Below, piece after piece: positions 36,629-47,730 of a stretch of DNA of 64,000 nucleotides; the stretch's first letter is position 1, and each line of letters begins with the position of its first letter. Position numbers and translations under genes: made by a program. Source of the DNA: Acholeplasmatales bacterium. GTDB taxonomy: Bacteria; Bacillota_I; Bacilli_A; ML615J-28; CAG-313. The stretch is from assembly GCA_003539625.1 (NCBI GenBank), contig DPOU01000008.1, positions 26,041 through 90,040 on the forward strand. Reading direction: 5' to 3'. Below the pieces are notes generated by a model. That model ran no database searches. It saw only the letters and a list, made by a program, of their open reading frames with translations, and was not told the origin of the DNA.

Positions 36629-38334
36629 TGGATAAAAAAACATTAGAAAAAATTAAACAATGGCAAGAATTTAAGGAACTTGATCCAGATTTAAAAAAAG
36701 AACTAGATAGTATATCAAATGATGAAGCTGCATTAATGGATGCTTTCTACAACGATATTGCGTTTGGAACTGGTGGTTTAAGAGGTGTTCTTGGTGTAGG
36801 TACTGACCGAATGAATATATATGTAGTTAGAAAATGTACACTAGGCTTTTTAAACTATATGATAAAACGTTATCCTAATATTAAAAATATGGGTGTTGCA
36901 ATATCATATGATTGTCGTAAAAATAGTTATCTATTCGCTAAACATGCGGCAGAAGTTATTGCAAGTAATGGAGTAAAGGCATATCTTTATACTTCAATTC
37001 GTTCTACTCCTCAACTAAGCTTTACCGTACGTAATTTAAAATGTGCTGGTGGTATTATGATTACTGCAAGTCATAATCCACCAAAATATAATGGTTATAA
37101 AATATATGATCATGAAGGATGCCAATTAGTACCAGATTTAGCAGATTTAGTTATTGAAGAAATTGAAAAAATAAGAGATATGTTTCATATTGAAACAATG
37201 TCATTTGATGAACTTGTTGCCTCAGGTATGATTCAAATGATTGATGAATTAGTTGATAAACCATACTTAGAAGCATTAAAAACTATACCTGTTCAACCTG
37301 TAAAAAAGAACAATATTAAAATTGTATATACACCACTTCATGGAACTGGTGCTTCTCACATGGTAGAACTATTAACTGGTGAAGGTTATACTGTATATCC
37401 AGTAGAAGAACAAATGGTTCCAGATGGTAATTTCTCAACATTGAAATCACCTAACCCAGAAGAACCAAGTGCATTTGAATATGCCATTCGCTTAGGCAAA
37501 AAAGTTGATGCGGACATATTAGTTGCAACAGATCCTGATGCGGACAGAATGGGTATTGCCGCAAAAGATTCAAAGGGCGAATATGTTTTATTAACAGGTA
37601 ATCAAACTGGTGCAATATTATTAGATTATTTAGGTAAATTCAAAAAACCAAAAACCCATGGTGTAGTATTCAATACAATTGTTACTTCAAATTTTGCAAA
37701 AGCAATTTGTGAAAAATACAATTTAAAATTAGTACAAACTTTAACAGGTTTTAAATACATCGGTGAACAAGCCGCATTACTTGAAAATAGCACTGATGAA
37801 GAATTCTTCTTTGGTTATGAAGAATCTTATGGTTATGTAATAAAAGACTTTGTTCGTGATAAAGATTCTTTCCAAGCAACTCTTTTATTATCAGAAGTTG
37901 CTTCATACTACAAAGAACATGGCAAGACATTAATCCAAGTATTGTATGATTTGTTTGAAGAATTTGGCTACTATTTAGAAGGTGTTCACAACATTGGCCT
38001 TGCGGGAATAGAAGGTAGCAAACGAATAGAAAAAATTATGCGTTATTTCCAAAGCGCTGATTTAACTAGTCTTGCGGGAAAACATATTAAAACTTTTGAA
38101 GATTACGACAAATTAATTAAAACTGAAAATGGCAAAGAAAGTAAACTTACTCTACCTCAATCATTTGTTTTGAAATATATATTTGATGATGGTGGTTGGT
38201 TTGTTCTTAGACCATCAGGAACTGAACCAAAATTGAAAATATATATCGCAATTAAGGGTAAGACAGAAGAAGAATCAAGAGCTTTAATAGCAACATTAAA
38301 ACAAGAAATTTTAAATATTATTGATAGAATCTAA
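36628..38334 (+). CDS. phosphoglucomutase / phospho-sugar mutase
   Basis: 568 aa. Active-site [13 protein letters not shown] and a DPDADR metal loop. TAATG overlap with the ROK gene. Confidence 0.88.
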   Translation: MDKKTLEKIKQWQEFKELDPDLKKELDSISNDEAALMDAFYNDIAFGTGGLRGVLGVGTDRMNIYVVRKCTLGFLNYMIKRYPNIKNMGVAISYDCRKNSYLFAKHAAEVIASNGVKAYLYTSIRSTPQLSFTVRNLKCAGGIMITASHNPPKYNGYKIYDHEGCQLVPDLADLVIEEIEKIRDMFHIETMSFDELVASGMIQMIDELVDKPYLEALKTIPVQPVKKNNIKIVYTPLHGTGASHMVELLTGEGYTVYPVEEQMVPDGNFSTLKSPNPEEPSAFEYAIRLGKKVDADILVATDPDADRMGIAAKDSKGEYVLLTGNQTGAILLDYLGKFKKPKTHGVVFNTIVTSNFAKAICEKYNLKLVQTLTGFKYIGEQAALLENSTDEEFFFGYEESYGYVIKDFVRDKDSFQATLLLSEVASYYKEHGKTLIQVLYDLFEEFGYYLEGVHNIGLAGIEGSKRIEKIMRYFQSADLTSLAGKHIKTFEDYDKLIKTENGKESKLTLPQSFVLKYIFDDGGWFVLRPSGTEPKLKIYIAIKGKTEEESRALIATLKQEILNIIDRI

Positions 38335-38345
38335 TGAGGAAAAAT

Positions 38346-39665
38346 ATGAAGGTAACTTTAAATTATAAAAATGCTCTTTCTTTTGTAAGTGAAGAAGCAT
38401 TAAATCAAAATAAAGAAAATGTTCTAAAGGCATACAAAACTTTAGTAAATAAAACTGGTGAAGGCAATGACTTCTTAGGTTGGATTGAATATCCTAAAAA
38501 CTATGATAAAGAAGAATTTGCACGAATCAAAAAAGCTGCAGAAAAAATTAGAAGCAATAGTGAAGTGTTAGTAGTTATTGGTATTGGTGGATCATATCTT
38601 GGTGCCAAGGCAGTAATAGAAGCATTAAAACCATATTTTTCTACTAAAAAAGATCTAGAAATAGTGTTTGCGGGAAATTCACTTTCTTCAACATATTTAA
38701 ATCAATTATTAACATATCTTGAAAATAAAGACTTTTCAGTAAATGTTATTTCAAAATCAGGAACAACAACTGAACCTGCCATTGCTTTTAGACTTTGCAA
38801 AGAATTATTAATAAAGAAATATCATGAAAAAGCTGCAGAAAGAATATTTGCAACAACTGATGCTAAAAAAGGTGCATTACGAAATCTTGCAACACAAGAA
38901 GGATATGAAACTTTTGTAGTTCCAGATGACATTGGTGGAAGATATTCATGGTTCACCGCAGTAGGCCTATTGCCAATTGCTTGTGCAGGAATTGATATTG
39001 ATGCATTGATGAAAGGATCTTATGATGCAATGAATGATTGCGTAAACAATGGATATGATAGTAACGACGCAATGAAATATGCAAACATGAGAAACCTATT
39101 ATATAAAACAAAACAAATTGAAATTCTAGTAAACTTTGAACCTAGATTGGCTTACATCAGCGAATGGTGGAAACAATTATATGGTGAATCAGAAGGTAAA
39201 GACCATAAAGGTTTATTTCCAGCTAGTTTAGTATATTCAACAGATTTACATTCTATGGGCCAATACGTACAAGAAGGTAAAGGATTAATGTTTGAAACTG
39301 TCTTGAACGTATTAAATCCTGAAGAAAATTTAATACTAAGAAAAGAAGCTGAAGACTTAGATCAACTTAATTATTTAGATCAAACTAAGATGGACAGTGT
39401 TGCTAAAAAAGCAATGCAAGGTACAATACTTGCTCATGTAGATGGCGGGGTCCCTAATCTTGTACTAGAAGTAGAAGAAATGGATGCATATCATTTAGGA
39501 TATTTATTATATTTCTTTATGTTTGCTTGTGGTGTAAGTGGTTATATGCTAGGTGTTAATCCATTCAATCAACCAGGTGTTGAAGCATACAAAAAGAATA
39601 TGTTTGCATTACTTGGTAAACCAGGTTATGAAGAATTATCAAAACAATTAAAAAATAGATTATAA
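38346..39665 (+). CDS. pgi: glucose-6-phosphate isomerase
   Basis: About 439 aa from ATG 38346 ([14 protein letters not shown], typical Firmicute Pgi N-terminus). [23 protein letters not shown] and GESEGK blocks. Confidence 0.9.
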   Translation: MKVTLNYKNALSFVSEEALNQNKENVLKAYKTLVNKTGEGNDFLGWIEYPKNYDKEEFARIKKAAEKIRSNSEVLVVIGIGGSYLGAKAVIEALKPYFSTKKDLEIVFAGNSLSSTYLNQLLTYLENKDFSVNVISKSGTTTEPAIAFRLCKELLIKKYHEKAAERIFATTDAKKGALRNLATQEGYETFVVPDDIGGRYSWFTAVGLLPIACAGIDIDALMKGSYDAMNDCVNNGYDSNDAMKYANMRNLLYKTKQIEILVNFEPRLAYISEWWKQLYGESEGKDHKGLFPASLVYSTDLHSMGQYVQEGKGLMFETVLNVLNPEENLILRKEAEDLDQLNYLDQTKMDSVAKKAMQGTILAHVDGGVPNLVLEVEEMDAYHLGYLLYFFMFACGVSGYMLGVNPFNQPGVEAYKKNMFALLGKPGYEELSKQLKNRL

Positions 39666-39674
39666 TATAAAACT

Positions 39675-39714
39675 AACTAGGTGTAGATTACTAATTTACA
39701 CCTAGTTGTTTTTT
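39675..39714 (+). terminator. rho-independent terminator
   Basis: 11-bp stem AACTAGGTGTA / TACACCTAGTT, then GTTTTTT. Confidence 0.8.
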
Positions 39715-39812
39715 ACAAAAGATGTTAAAATGTAATAAATTAACAAGCAATAAATTCCTAAATTAAAATATATAACTTGAAAAACATTCTAAATTATGAT
39801 AAAATGTCTTGA

Positions 39813-41880
<2,068 letters not shown>

Positions 41881-41958
41881 ATTATATATCTAATTTAAAA
41901 CAACGAAAACGTTTTCATGTCGAATAATTAAACATTCGTTTGCTTTTTGACGGAAAAG

Positions 41959-41967
41959 TGGTATAAT
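41959..41967 (+). promoter_or_regulatory. extended -10 promoter element upstream of the first SipW-type peptidase
   Basis: TGgTATAAT. No well-spaced -35 element. Confidence 0.4.
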
Positions 41968-42027
41968 ATAACAGTCAAGACTGTTATTATTTGCCTCATG
42001 TAAAAAAATGAAAGAGGTAATGCAAAA

Positions 42028-42687
42028 ATGAACAACAAAAAAATATCTAAACAAACCATAATTGGAATAATATTAATAGCAATATTTTTGCCAATAATAG
42101 TAGTCAATATGGTAATCGTGATTAAAGGGGCGGTTAATCCAACTAAATTTCCAATGGTATTTGGTAGAGCGCCACTTATCGTTGAATCAGATTCAATGAC
42201 AATTGATCGTAAAGCACGCACAGGTGCTTTCAATAAAGGGGACCTAATCTTTATTAAAAAAGTCAATCCAGAAACACTTAAGAAAGATGACATAATTACT
42301 TACTACAGTGCAGATGGTTCGATAATTACACACAGAATTGCGGAAGCCCCATTTTATGAAGAAGGAAAATTAACCTTTAATACAAAAGGTGATTTCAATT
42401 CTCCTGTAGTGGTAAGTGTTCCAGCTGAAGATGTAATTGGATTATATACTGGTAGAATTCCAAAAATGGGAAAGGTTGCAATGTTTTTGCAAACTCCATG
42501 GGGAGTAATAGTTTTATTAGGAATTCCTCTACTAGTTATATTTTTGATTGACTTTTTCAATAAACGCAAAGCTGATCAAGGAGCTCAAGCAAAAATAGCT
42601 GAACTTGAAGCAAAGCTTGCAGAACAAAATAATACAACTGATGTAAATACTAATAAGAGTGAAGACAAAGAAAAACAAGAGGAGTAA
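42028..42687 (+). CDS. sipW: SipW-type (ER/archaeal-type, S26B) signal peptidase I, copy 1
   Basis: 219 aa. N-terminal TM, Ser box VESDSM, GDLIFIKK, His box ITHRI, TKGDFN box, a second TM near the C-terminus, then a coiled and charged tail. Confidence 0.8.
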   Translation: MNNKKISKQTIIGIILIAIFLPIIVVNMVIVIKGAVNPTKFPMVFGRAPLIVESDSMTIDRKARTGAFNKGDLIFIKKVNPETLKKDDIITYYSADGSIITHRIAEAPFYEEGKLTFNTKGDFNSPVVVSVPAEDVIGLYTGRIPKMGKVAMFLQTPWGVIVLLGIPLLVIFLIDFFNKRKADQGAQAKIAELEAKLAEQNNTTDVNTNKSEDKEKQEE

Positions 42688-42797
42688 AAAAATAAGATTG
42701 ACACACTTGTTTCTTGATAATTGAATAAAAAGTAGGGGTTTATACATTAATTGTGTATAAATTGAATTCATTAACCGCTGTTCACTTAAGCTTACAC

Positions 42798-42851
42798 AAA
42801 AACCTGTTTAAACTCCAGCATTATTTTTCAATGAAGTTTAGCAGGTTTTTT
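42798..42851 (+). terminator. terminator-like long hairpin after sipW copy 1
   Basis: AAAACCTGTTTAAACT ... AGTTTAGCAGGTTTTTT (imperfect ~14-bp stem, 20-nt loop, T-run). Confidence 0.5.
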
Positions 42852-42869
42852 ATATGCTTTTAGCATATA

Positions 42870-42894
42870 GTCCAAAAAGGTATACCTTTTTGTA
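42870..42894. repeat. palindrome GTCCAAAAAGGTA|TACCTTTTTG (copy B1)
   Basis: The 20-bp perfect palindrome at 42873-42892 is identical to 3887-3906. Confidence 0.85.
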
Positions 42895-42986
42895 TTGCTT
42901 AAATTAGCTAAATTTATATATTTTCCAACAAATTTTATACAGTTATACACCACTTTTCAACAAAAATTAGCAAAAATAATATAGTT

Positions 42987-43029
42987 AAAAAAGGTATACT
43001 TTTCTAGCAGTAAAGGTATACCTTTTTTG
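42987..43029. repeat. two degenerate tandem copies of the same palindrome (B2a, B2b)
   Basis: AAAAAAGGTATACTTTTC (lacks 1 nt) and AAAGGTATACCTTTTTTG, 25 bp apart. Together they form an inverted repeat. Confidence 0.65.
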
Positions 43030-43212
43030 CACCCCAAAAAATGGGAAATTAACAAAATATTTATATTATTAAATTATTATAATAATATATATAGGCATCT
43101 ATTTTTAGATGAACCTCACCGTAGGGTGAGTTTAAAGTTGATATCAACGTGGCCACACACGATGATATATATTAAATAAACAAATACTTAAAAAATTTAA
43201 AGGAGAATTAAA

Positions 43213-43797
43213 ATGAAGAAAAATAGAATTTTAATTGCTGGTGTAATCACTGCATTCGTTGCATTAATTACATTATCTTTAGTTTCAGGTACTTGGGCTA
43301 AATATACTAGCAAAGTACAAGGCTCTGATACTGCAAGAGTAGCAAAATGGTCATTTAATTATAATGGTGCAGCTTTAAATTCAGAAACCATTACTATTGA
43401 TTTATTTAAGGATAATTATGATGGAACAGTAGTAGCAGAAAATAAAGTTGTTGCTCCAGGCACTAAAGGTCAAACAAAATTTGAATTAAAGAACATGGGT
43501 GAAGTTAAAGCAAATGCACAAATTGTTTTAGAAATTACAAATTTAAATGAAATTCCACTTACATATAAAGTTGATGGTGTAGCACAAGAAGTAACTGGTG
43601 GAAAAATTATAATTGATGCGGTTGAATTAGGAATTGGTGCAGAAGCTAAAACTATTACTTTATCTTGGGAATGGCCATTTGAAACAAAAGATACTGGCGG
43701 TAATATTATTGGTGATACTACTGATACTAATTTAGGTAAAGAAGGAACAGCAACAGTAACTGTTAAAGCAACTGTTACTTTCACTCAAGTTGACTAA
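43213..43797 (+). CDS. TasA/camelysin/BsaA-like secreted protein with a SipW-type signal peptide; putative major fibre subunit
   Basis: 194 aa. SD AAAGGAGA. Basic n-region plus h-region, then SGTWA-KYTS. VAPGTKGQTKFELKNMGEV strand pair. Ends TVKATVTFTQVD. Confidence 0.65.
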   Translation: MKKNRILIAGVITAFVALITLSLVSGTWAKYTSKVQGSDTARVAKWSFNYNGAALNSETITIDLFKDNYDGTVVAENKVVAPGTKGQTKFELKNMGEVKANAQIVLEITNLNEIPLTYKVDGVAQEVTGGKIIIDAVELGIGAEAKTITLSWEWPFETKDTGGNIIGDTTDTNLGKEGTATVTVKATVTFTQVD

Positions 43798-43847
43798 TTC
43801 AAAGAGTATAAAATAATTAGTAAATAAATTCAGTTAATTAATTAACA

Positions 43848-43907
43848 AGCCACAAAACAAAACATTAATACAAGAACAAAGATAAAATTGTGGCTTTATC
43901 TTTGTTC
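43848..43907 (+). terminator. nested hairpins after the putative major-subunit gene (partial terminator or attenuator)
   Basis: 13-bp stem GAACAAAGATAAA / TTTATCTTTGTTC. Alternative stem AAGCCACAA / TTGTGGCTT. Only a weak T-run follows. Confidence 0.45.
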
Positions 43908-44026
43908 CAACTGTTTTGTAAAAAGTAAGAATAGTGATATATATCACATTCTTAACAAAGTATATTATTTATATTGGTATATTTTGTTAAGAATATATAT
44001 GAATAACATTAAGGGGAGTATGTAAT

Positions 44027-44845
44027 ATGAGAAATATAGATAAGAAAATACTCAGTTATTATTTGTATTTTAGAACAATAAAAGATTATGACAAAAAAGT
44101 TGTAGCACGAGTTAAAGGAAACACAATATTATCAAATGATGAAGAATTCTTGGAAAATGTTTCTAGTGGTAAGTACGGCTTACAAATGGATGAGAGTTTA
44201 AAATACAATATATATAGTATTAAAAATAACAAAGTTGTAGCAAAAGTAGATAAACATTTAAATACCTATTCACTTAATGGAGTTTACTCAGGTACTTTGT
44301 ATGACATGACTAAATTCTTAAGAATTGTTGTTGGATGTATTGTCCTAGCATTAATAACTATATGTTTAGTTTTTACTAATATTGCTAAAACAAGTTCTGA
44401 TGTAAAACCTATATCATTAATTGTGAGTGAGATTGATGGTGGGATTGTAAGTACAGAATGGAACATTTTTGGAAAATATAAAGATGACAAGGTTATTTAT
44501 CCAGGTAAGAAAGGTGAATATTATTTTGAATTAATAAATAAAAATTCAAAAGCATTAAATATTGATATAAATTTAGATGAAGTAAATGAATATAGTATTC
44601 CGATGATATTTAAATTAAATTTGCATGAAAGTGATAATTCAAATATAAATGACTACTATGTACCTGCAAATAGTTTGGAACTAAATAATATTTATATTCC
44701 CGCAAACAGTTCAAGAATATTTAAATTAGAATGGTATTGGAAAAATAGTGGCACAAACGATAAAGATGATACACAAATTGCTTCTACAGGACTTGCCACA
44801 TATACAGTAAAAATAACTGTTAAATCAGTATTAGTATACGAATAA
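44027..44845 (+). CDS. type-II membrane protein: cytoplasmic N-domain + TM + TasA-like ectodomain (putative fibre anchor or assembly factor)
   Basis: 272 aa. About 95 aa lie before the TM (FLRIVVGCIVLALITICLVF). The ectodomain shares YPGKKGEYYFELINKNSKA and KLEWYWK...ATYTVKITVKSV with the 43213 product. Confidence 0.55.
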   Translation: MRNIDKKILSYYLYFRTIKDYDKKVVARVKGNTILSNDEEFLENVSSGKYGLQMDESLKYNIYSIKNNKVVAKVDKHLNTYSLNGVYSGTLYDMTKFLRIVVGCIVLALITICLVFTNIAKTSSDVKPISLIVSEIDGGIVSTEWNIFGKYKDDKVIYPGKKGEYYFELINKNSKALNIDINLDEVNEYSIPMIFKLNLHESDNSNINDYYVPANSLELNNIYIPANSSRIFKLEWYWKNSGTNDKDDTQIASTGLATYTVKITVKSVLVYE

Positions 44846-44867
44846 AATTTTGAAAGGGGGTACCCTA

Positions 44868-47138
44868 ATGACTAAAAAAATAAAAATTAAAAAAGCTTAT
44901 ATCTTTGCGTTTGCTTTTGTGGTACTTGTTGTATTACTAGCTATTAGTGGTACCAAAAGTAGCAAAACAGATGCTAAGTATTTTACGGAATTAGATAGTG
45001 ATGCTACAACAGCCCATGTTGCAAAATGGGACATAAAAGGTGTAACTAAAAGAGATGGCAAATCTATTAATCTTGCTGCAGGTTTCAGTAAAAAACTAAA
45101 TGAGGGAGATACAGGAAGTTGGTATTTTCAAATTTCTAATTATTCGGAAGTTTATGCGGCAATATCTAAGCGTTCTAAAATACGTTTTAGATTAGACAAT
45201 GATGGCTATACAGATACTAGTGTTAACGAAATAAAATGGGATTTTTTAGAAGATCTTTCAAATAATCCGATAGAAAATCCAATAAGTTTTGAAGTTAACA
45301 TATACAATTCAAGTGTTGAAAATTTATTAACTTATCAATTAAAAAGCAATCCATCAGAAGTTATTTCATATGACGCCTATTCGCAATTAACAAATAAAGC
45401 AGATTATGATGAAGTTATAAATTCTAATGTTGCGAATTGCGAGTTATTCAAAACTTCAAGTTCACTAACATTTAAAAAAGCCTTCGAAAAAGATGAAAAT
45501 GGTAAAACGATATATTTCTATTATGCTGATTTAAGTTTTGAAAATATTACCGATAGCCAATTAGATGAAATATTAAAACTTGGTTTAGGTGATACCAGAG
45601 AAGACGTGACAATGCAAATAAAATGGAATATCGGTCAAAACGTAGGTGGCGGTTCTATCAGCAACAATACTTACAAAATATATGAACTAACCGACAATCT
45701 TTTAAACGCAACTTATAAAAGTTATGAATTAGTTAAAAATAATTCAATATATATATCATATGATTTGGTTGAAAATGCTAATGAATATAAATATTACTAT
45801 GTTAGTAATTCATCTTCTTCAGTAGTTAAAAACGGATATGGTGCTAATGTTGAATATAACGGAAGTTATCTAAATGTAAGTAGTTATTCTAATTTGGTTG
45901 ATTATTATAATAATTATACTAGTGAACCAACATTTAGTTTACAATCCATTACATTCGACTACTATGATAATAAATGGAATTCAAAAGATGCAACAATAAG
46001 TGCGTTATCATCCAAAAAATATAGTGAATTGACCATTGATGATATTGCTAAATTAGAAAGCTGTTCAGTATATGAAACACATTATTTTGCTTATAACTAT
46101 TCAACTGCCGATTTAAATAACTACGCTAATTATATGAATTATAAAAATTATAAATCATTTATCGAGAACACAAAATTCATAACAAATGATGCTACTAGAA
46201 CATTTGATGTTAATAAATATCAAATTACAGATAGAGTAACTGCTACAGGTAATGATTATATTGTTACAAGTGTTAGTAGTCTTAATGCTAAACAATATTT
46301 AGATACATTTAAAAATAATGAACCAGTTTTTACAATAGCTAATAAAGAAGTTACATTTAGTGAATTAACTACTAGTGATATTACAACAATTACAAGCGAT
46401 ACCTATAGTAATTTAGTTTATAATCAATATTTAAAATTTTTAAATGATTGTAAATATGAGTCTAATAATAATTCGCTTGGTGCCACATCTAAAGCTAAGA
46501 TAAAAGAATACTATGAAATAGGTACAACGACATATTGTATTGTAACATTTGACAATGATGCTAAAACGTATTTAGATGGATTAACAAATAATGAACCTGC
46601 ATTTATATTTAATGCAACGACCGTTTATTATAGTGATTTAACTCCAACTCAGAAGAATTTACTAAATAGTTATAACGATACAAATACACTTACTGATTTA
46701 AAAAATTTAGTAGATAAATATCGTTATTTAGAACATTATAATTATCTTACTAAATCAACAACAATTGAGGAATCATTTGTTATTGATGGTAAAACTTATT
46801 ATATAGTTTCTACTAAACTTAACTTGTATGAATATAATGTATATTTCCACTCTAATCCTATTGGAGAACCATTATTTACTTTTACTAATGCGTTAGGGAA
46901 AGAAATAACTGTAAGATATAAACTATTAACTACAGAACAAAAAAATACGATAATGGGTTATACAGTTTCAACTAATCCAACCTATAGTGAATTAACAAAA
47001 ATGATTGAAAAATTAACTTTAGAACAATATGAAAAGTTTGTTTTAGATAATATAAAAGCAATGACTAATGCATCATATTTGGAATATGGTTTAAAGTGTA
47101 GAATTGAATTTGAACTATATGTAGAACAGGTTGACTAA
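44868..47138 (+). CDS. TasA-like protein carrying a ~400-aa tandem-repeat insertion
   Basis: Start at ATG 44868, after AAAGGGGG. Signal helix, then DAKYFTE and TAHVAKWDI. Four repeats, each containing N-EP-x-F. Ends RIEFELYVEQVD. Confidence 0.6.
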   Translation: MTKKIKIKKAYIFAFAFVVLVVLLAISGTKSSKTDAKYFTELDSDATTAHVAKWDIKGVTKRDGKSINLAAGFSKKLNEGDTGSWYFQISNYSEVYAAISKRSKIRFRLDNDGYTDTSVNEIKWDFLEDLSNNPIENPISFEVNIYNSSVENLLTYQLKSNPSEVISYDAYSQLTNKADYDEVINSNVANCELFKTSSSLTFKKAFEKDENGKTIYFYYADLSFENITDSQLDEILKLGLGDTREDVTMQIKWNIGQNVGGGSISNNTYKIYELTDNLLNATYKSYELVKNNSIYISYDLVENANEYKYYYVSNSSSSVVKNGYGANVEYNGSYLNVSSYSNLVDYYNNYTSEPTFSLQSITFDYYDNKWNSKDATISALSSKKYSELTIDDIAKLESCSVYETHYFAYNYSTADLNNYANYMNYKNYKSFIENTKFITNDATRTFDVNKYQITDRVTATGNDYIVTSVSSLNAKQYLDTFKNNEPVFTIANKEVTFSELTTSDITTITSDTYSNLVYNQYLKFLNDCKYESNNNSLGATSKAKIKEYYEIGTTTYCIVTFDNDAKTYLDGLTNNEPAFIFNATTVYYSDLTPTQKNLLNSYNDTNTLTDLKNLVDKYRYLEHYNYLTKSTTIEESFVIDGKTYYIVSTKLNLYEYNVYFHSNPIGEPLFTFTNALGKEITVRYKLLTTEQKNTIMGYTVSTNPTYSELTKMIEKLTLEQYEKFVLDNIKAMTNASYLEYGLKCRIEFELYVEQVD
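45850..47080 (+). repeat. in-frame tandem coding repeats (four units; the last three spaced 273 nt apart)
   Basis: The GAACC(A/T) codons for the E-P of the EP-x-F motif sit at 45924, 46320, 46593 and 46866, giving spacings of 396, 273 and 273 nt. Confidence 0.75.
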
Positions 47139-47140
47139 TT

Positions 47141-47716
47141 ATGGCTAGAAAAATCTTTCGTGTTTTTGAAACCATTATCTTTATTGTTATGATTATTATA
47201 ATTATCTTGTGTTGTATATATATTGTAAAAAGAAAAATTGATAAAGAGAATCCAACTAAAATGTTAGGCCATTATACTTTTGTGGTTATATCTGATAGTA
47301 TGTATAATCCAGAATATAAAGAATCAATTTCTAGAGGTGATATGGTTTTTGTAAAACCTAGAAAGAATGCAGAATACCAAGTAGGCATGATTGTAGCGTA
47401 TCAAAAACCAGGCGATAGTAAACCAACTACGCATCAAATAATTGCTAGAAATGGCGATATGGTTATAACAAAAGGAATAAATGCTAATAATGATCCTGAT
47501 CCTGAATTTGATGTCAACTATATTATAGGTGAGGTAACTTCAGTTTGGCGAGGATATTCAAAAACGGTAAATTGGATAAAATCACCTATTGGAATTGTAA
47601 CTATTGCGCTTATTGGTTTTATACTAATTGAAGGTTTAAATTTAATTGATAAATATTTAAAGAAAGTAGAAGGAAAAACTACTTCAAATAAAGAAGAAGT
47701 AGAACAAAATAAATAA
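47141..47716 (+). CDS. SipW-type signal peptidase I, copy 2 (divergent)
   Basis: 191 aa. N-terminal TM, VISDSM, GDMVFVKP, THQIIA, TKGINANND, C-terminal TM. ATG lies 2 nt after the preceding stop. Confidence 0.75.
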   Translation: MARKIFRVFETIIFIVMIIIIILCCIYIVKRKIDKENPTKMLGHYTFVVISDSMYNPEYKESISRGDMVFVKPRKNAEYQVGMIVAYQKPGDSKPTTHQIIARNGDMVITKGINANNDPDPEFDVNYIIGEVTSVWRGYSKTVNWIKSPIGIVTIALIGFILIEGLNLIDKYLKKVEGKTTSNKEEVEQNK

Positions 47717-47730
47717 GAAAGGGGAAGAGG

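Noticed and set aside
41928-42293. 121-aa minus-strand ORF across the sipW-1 promoter and 5' end (also 42354-42569 and 42532-42771).
   Set aside because: These are antisense shadows of the peptidase gene, with hydrophobic low-complexity translations.
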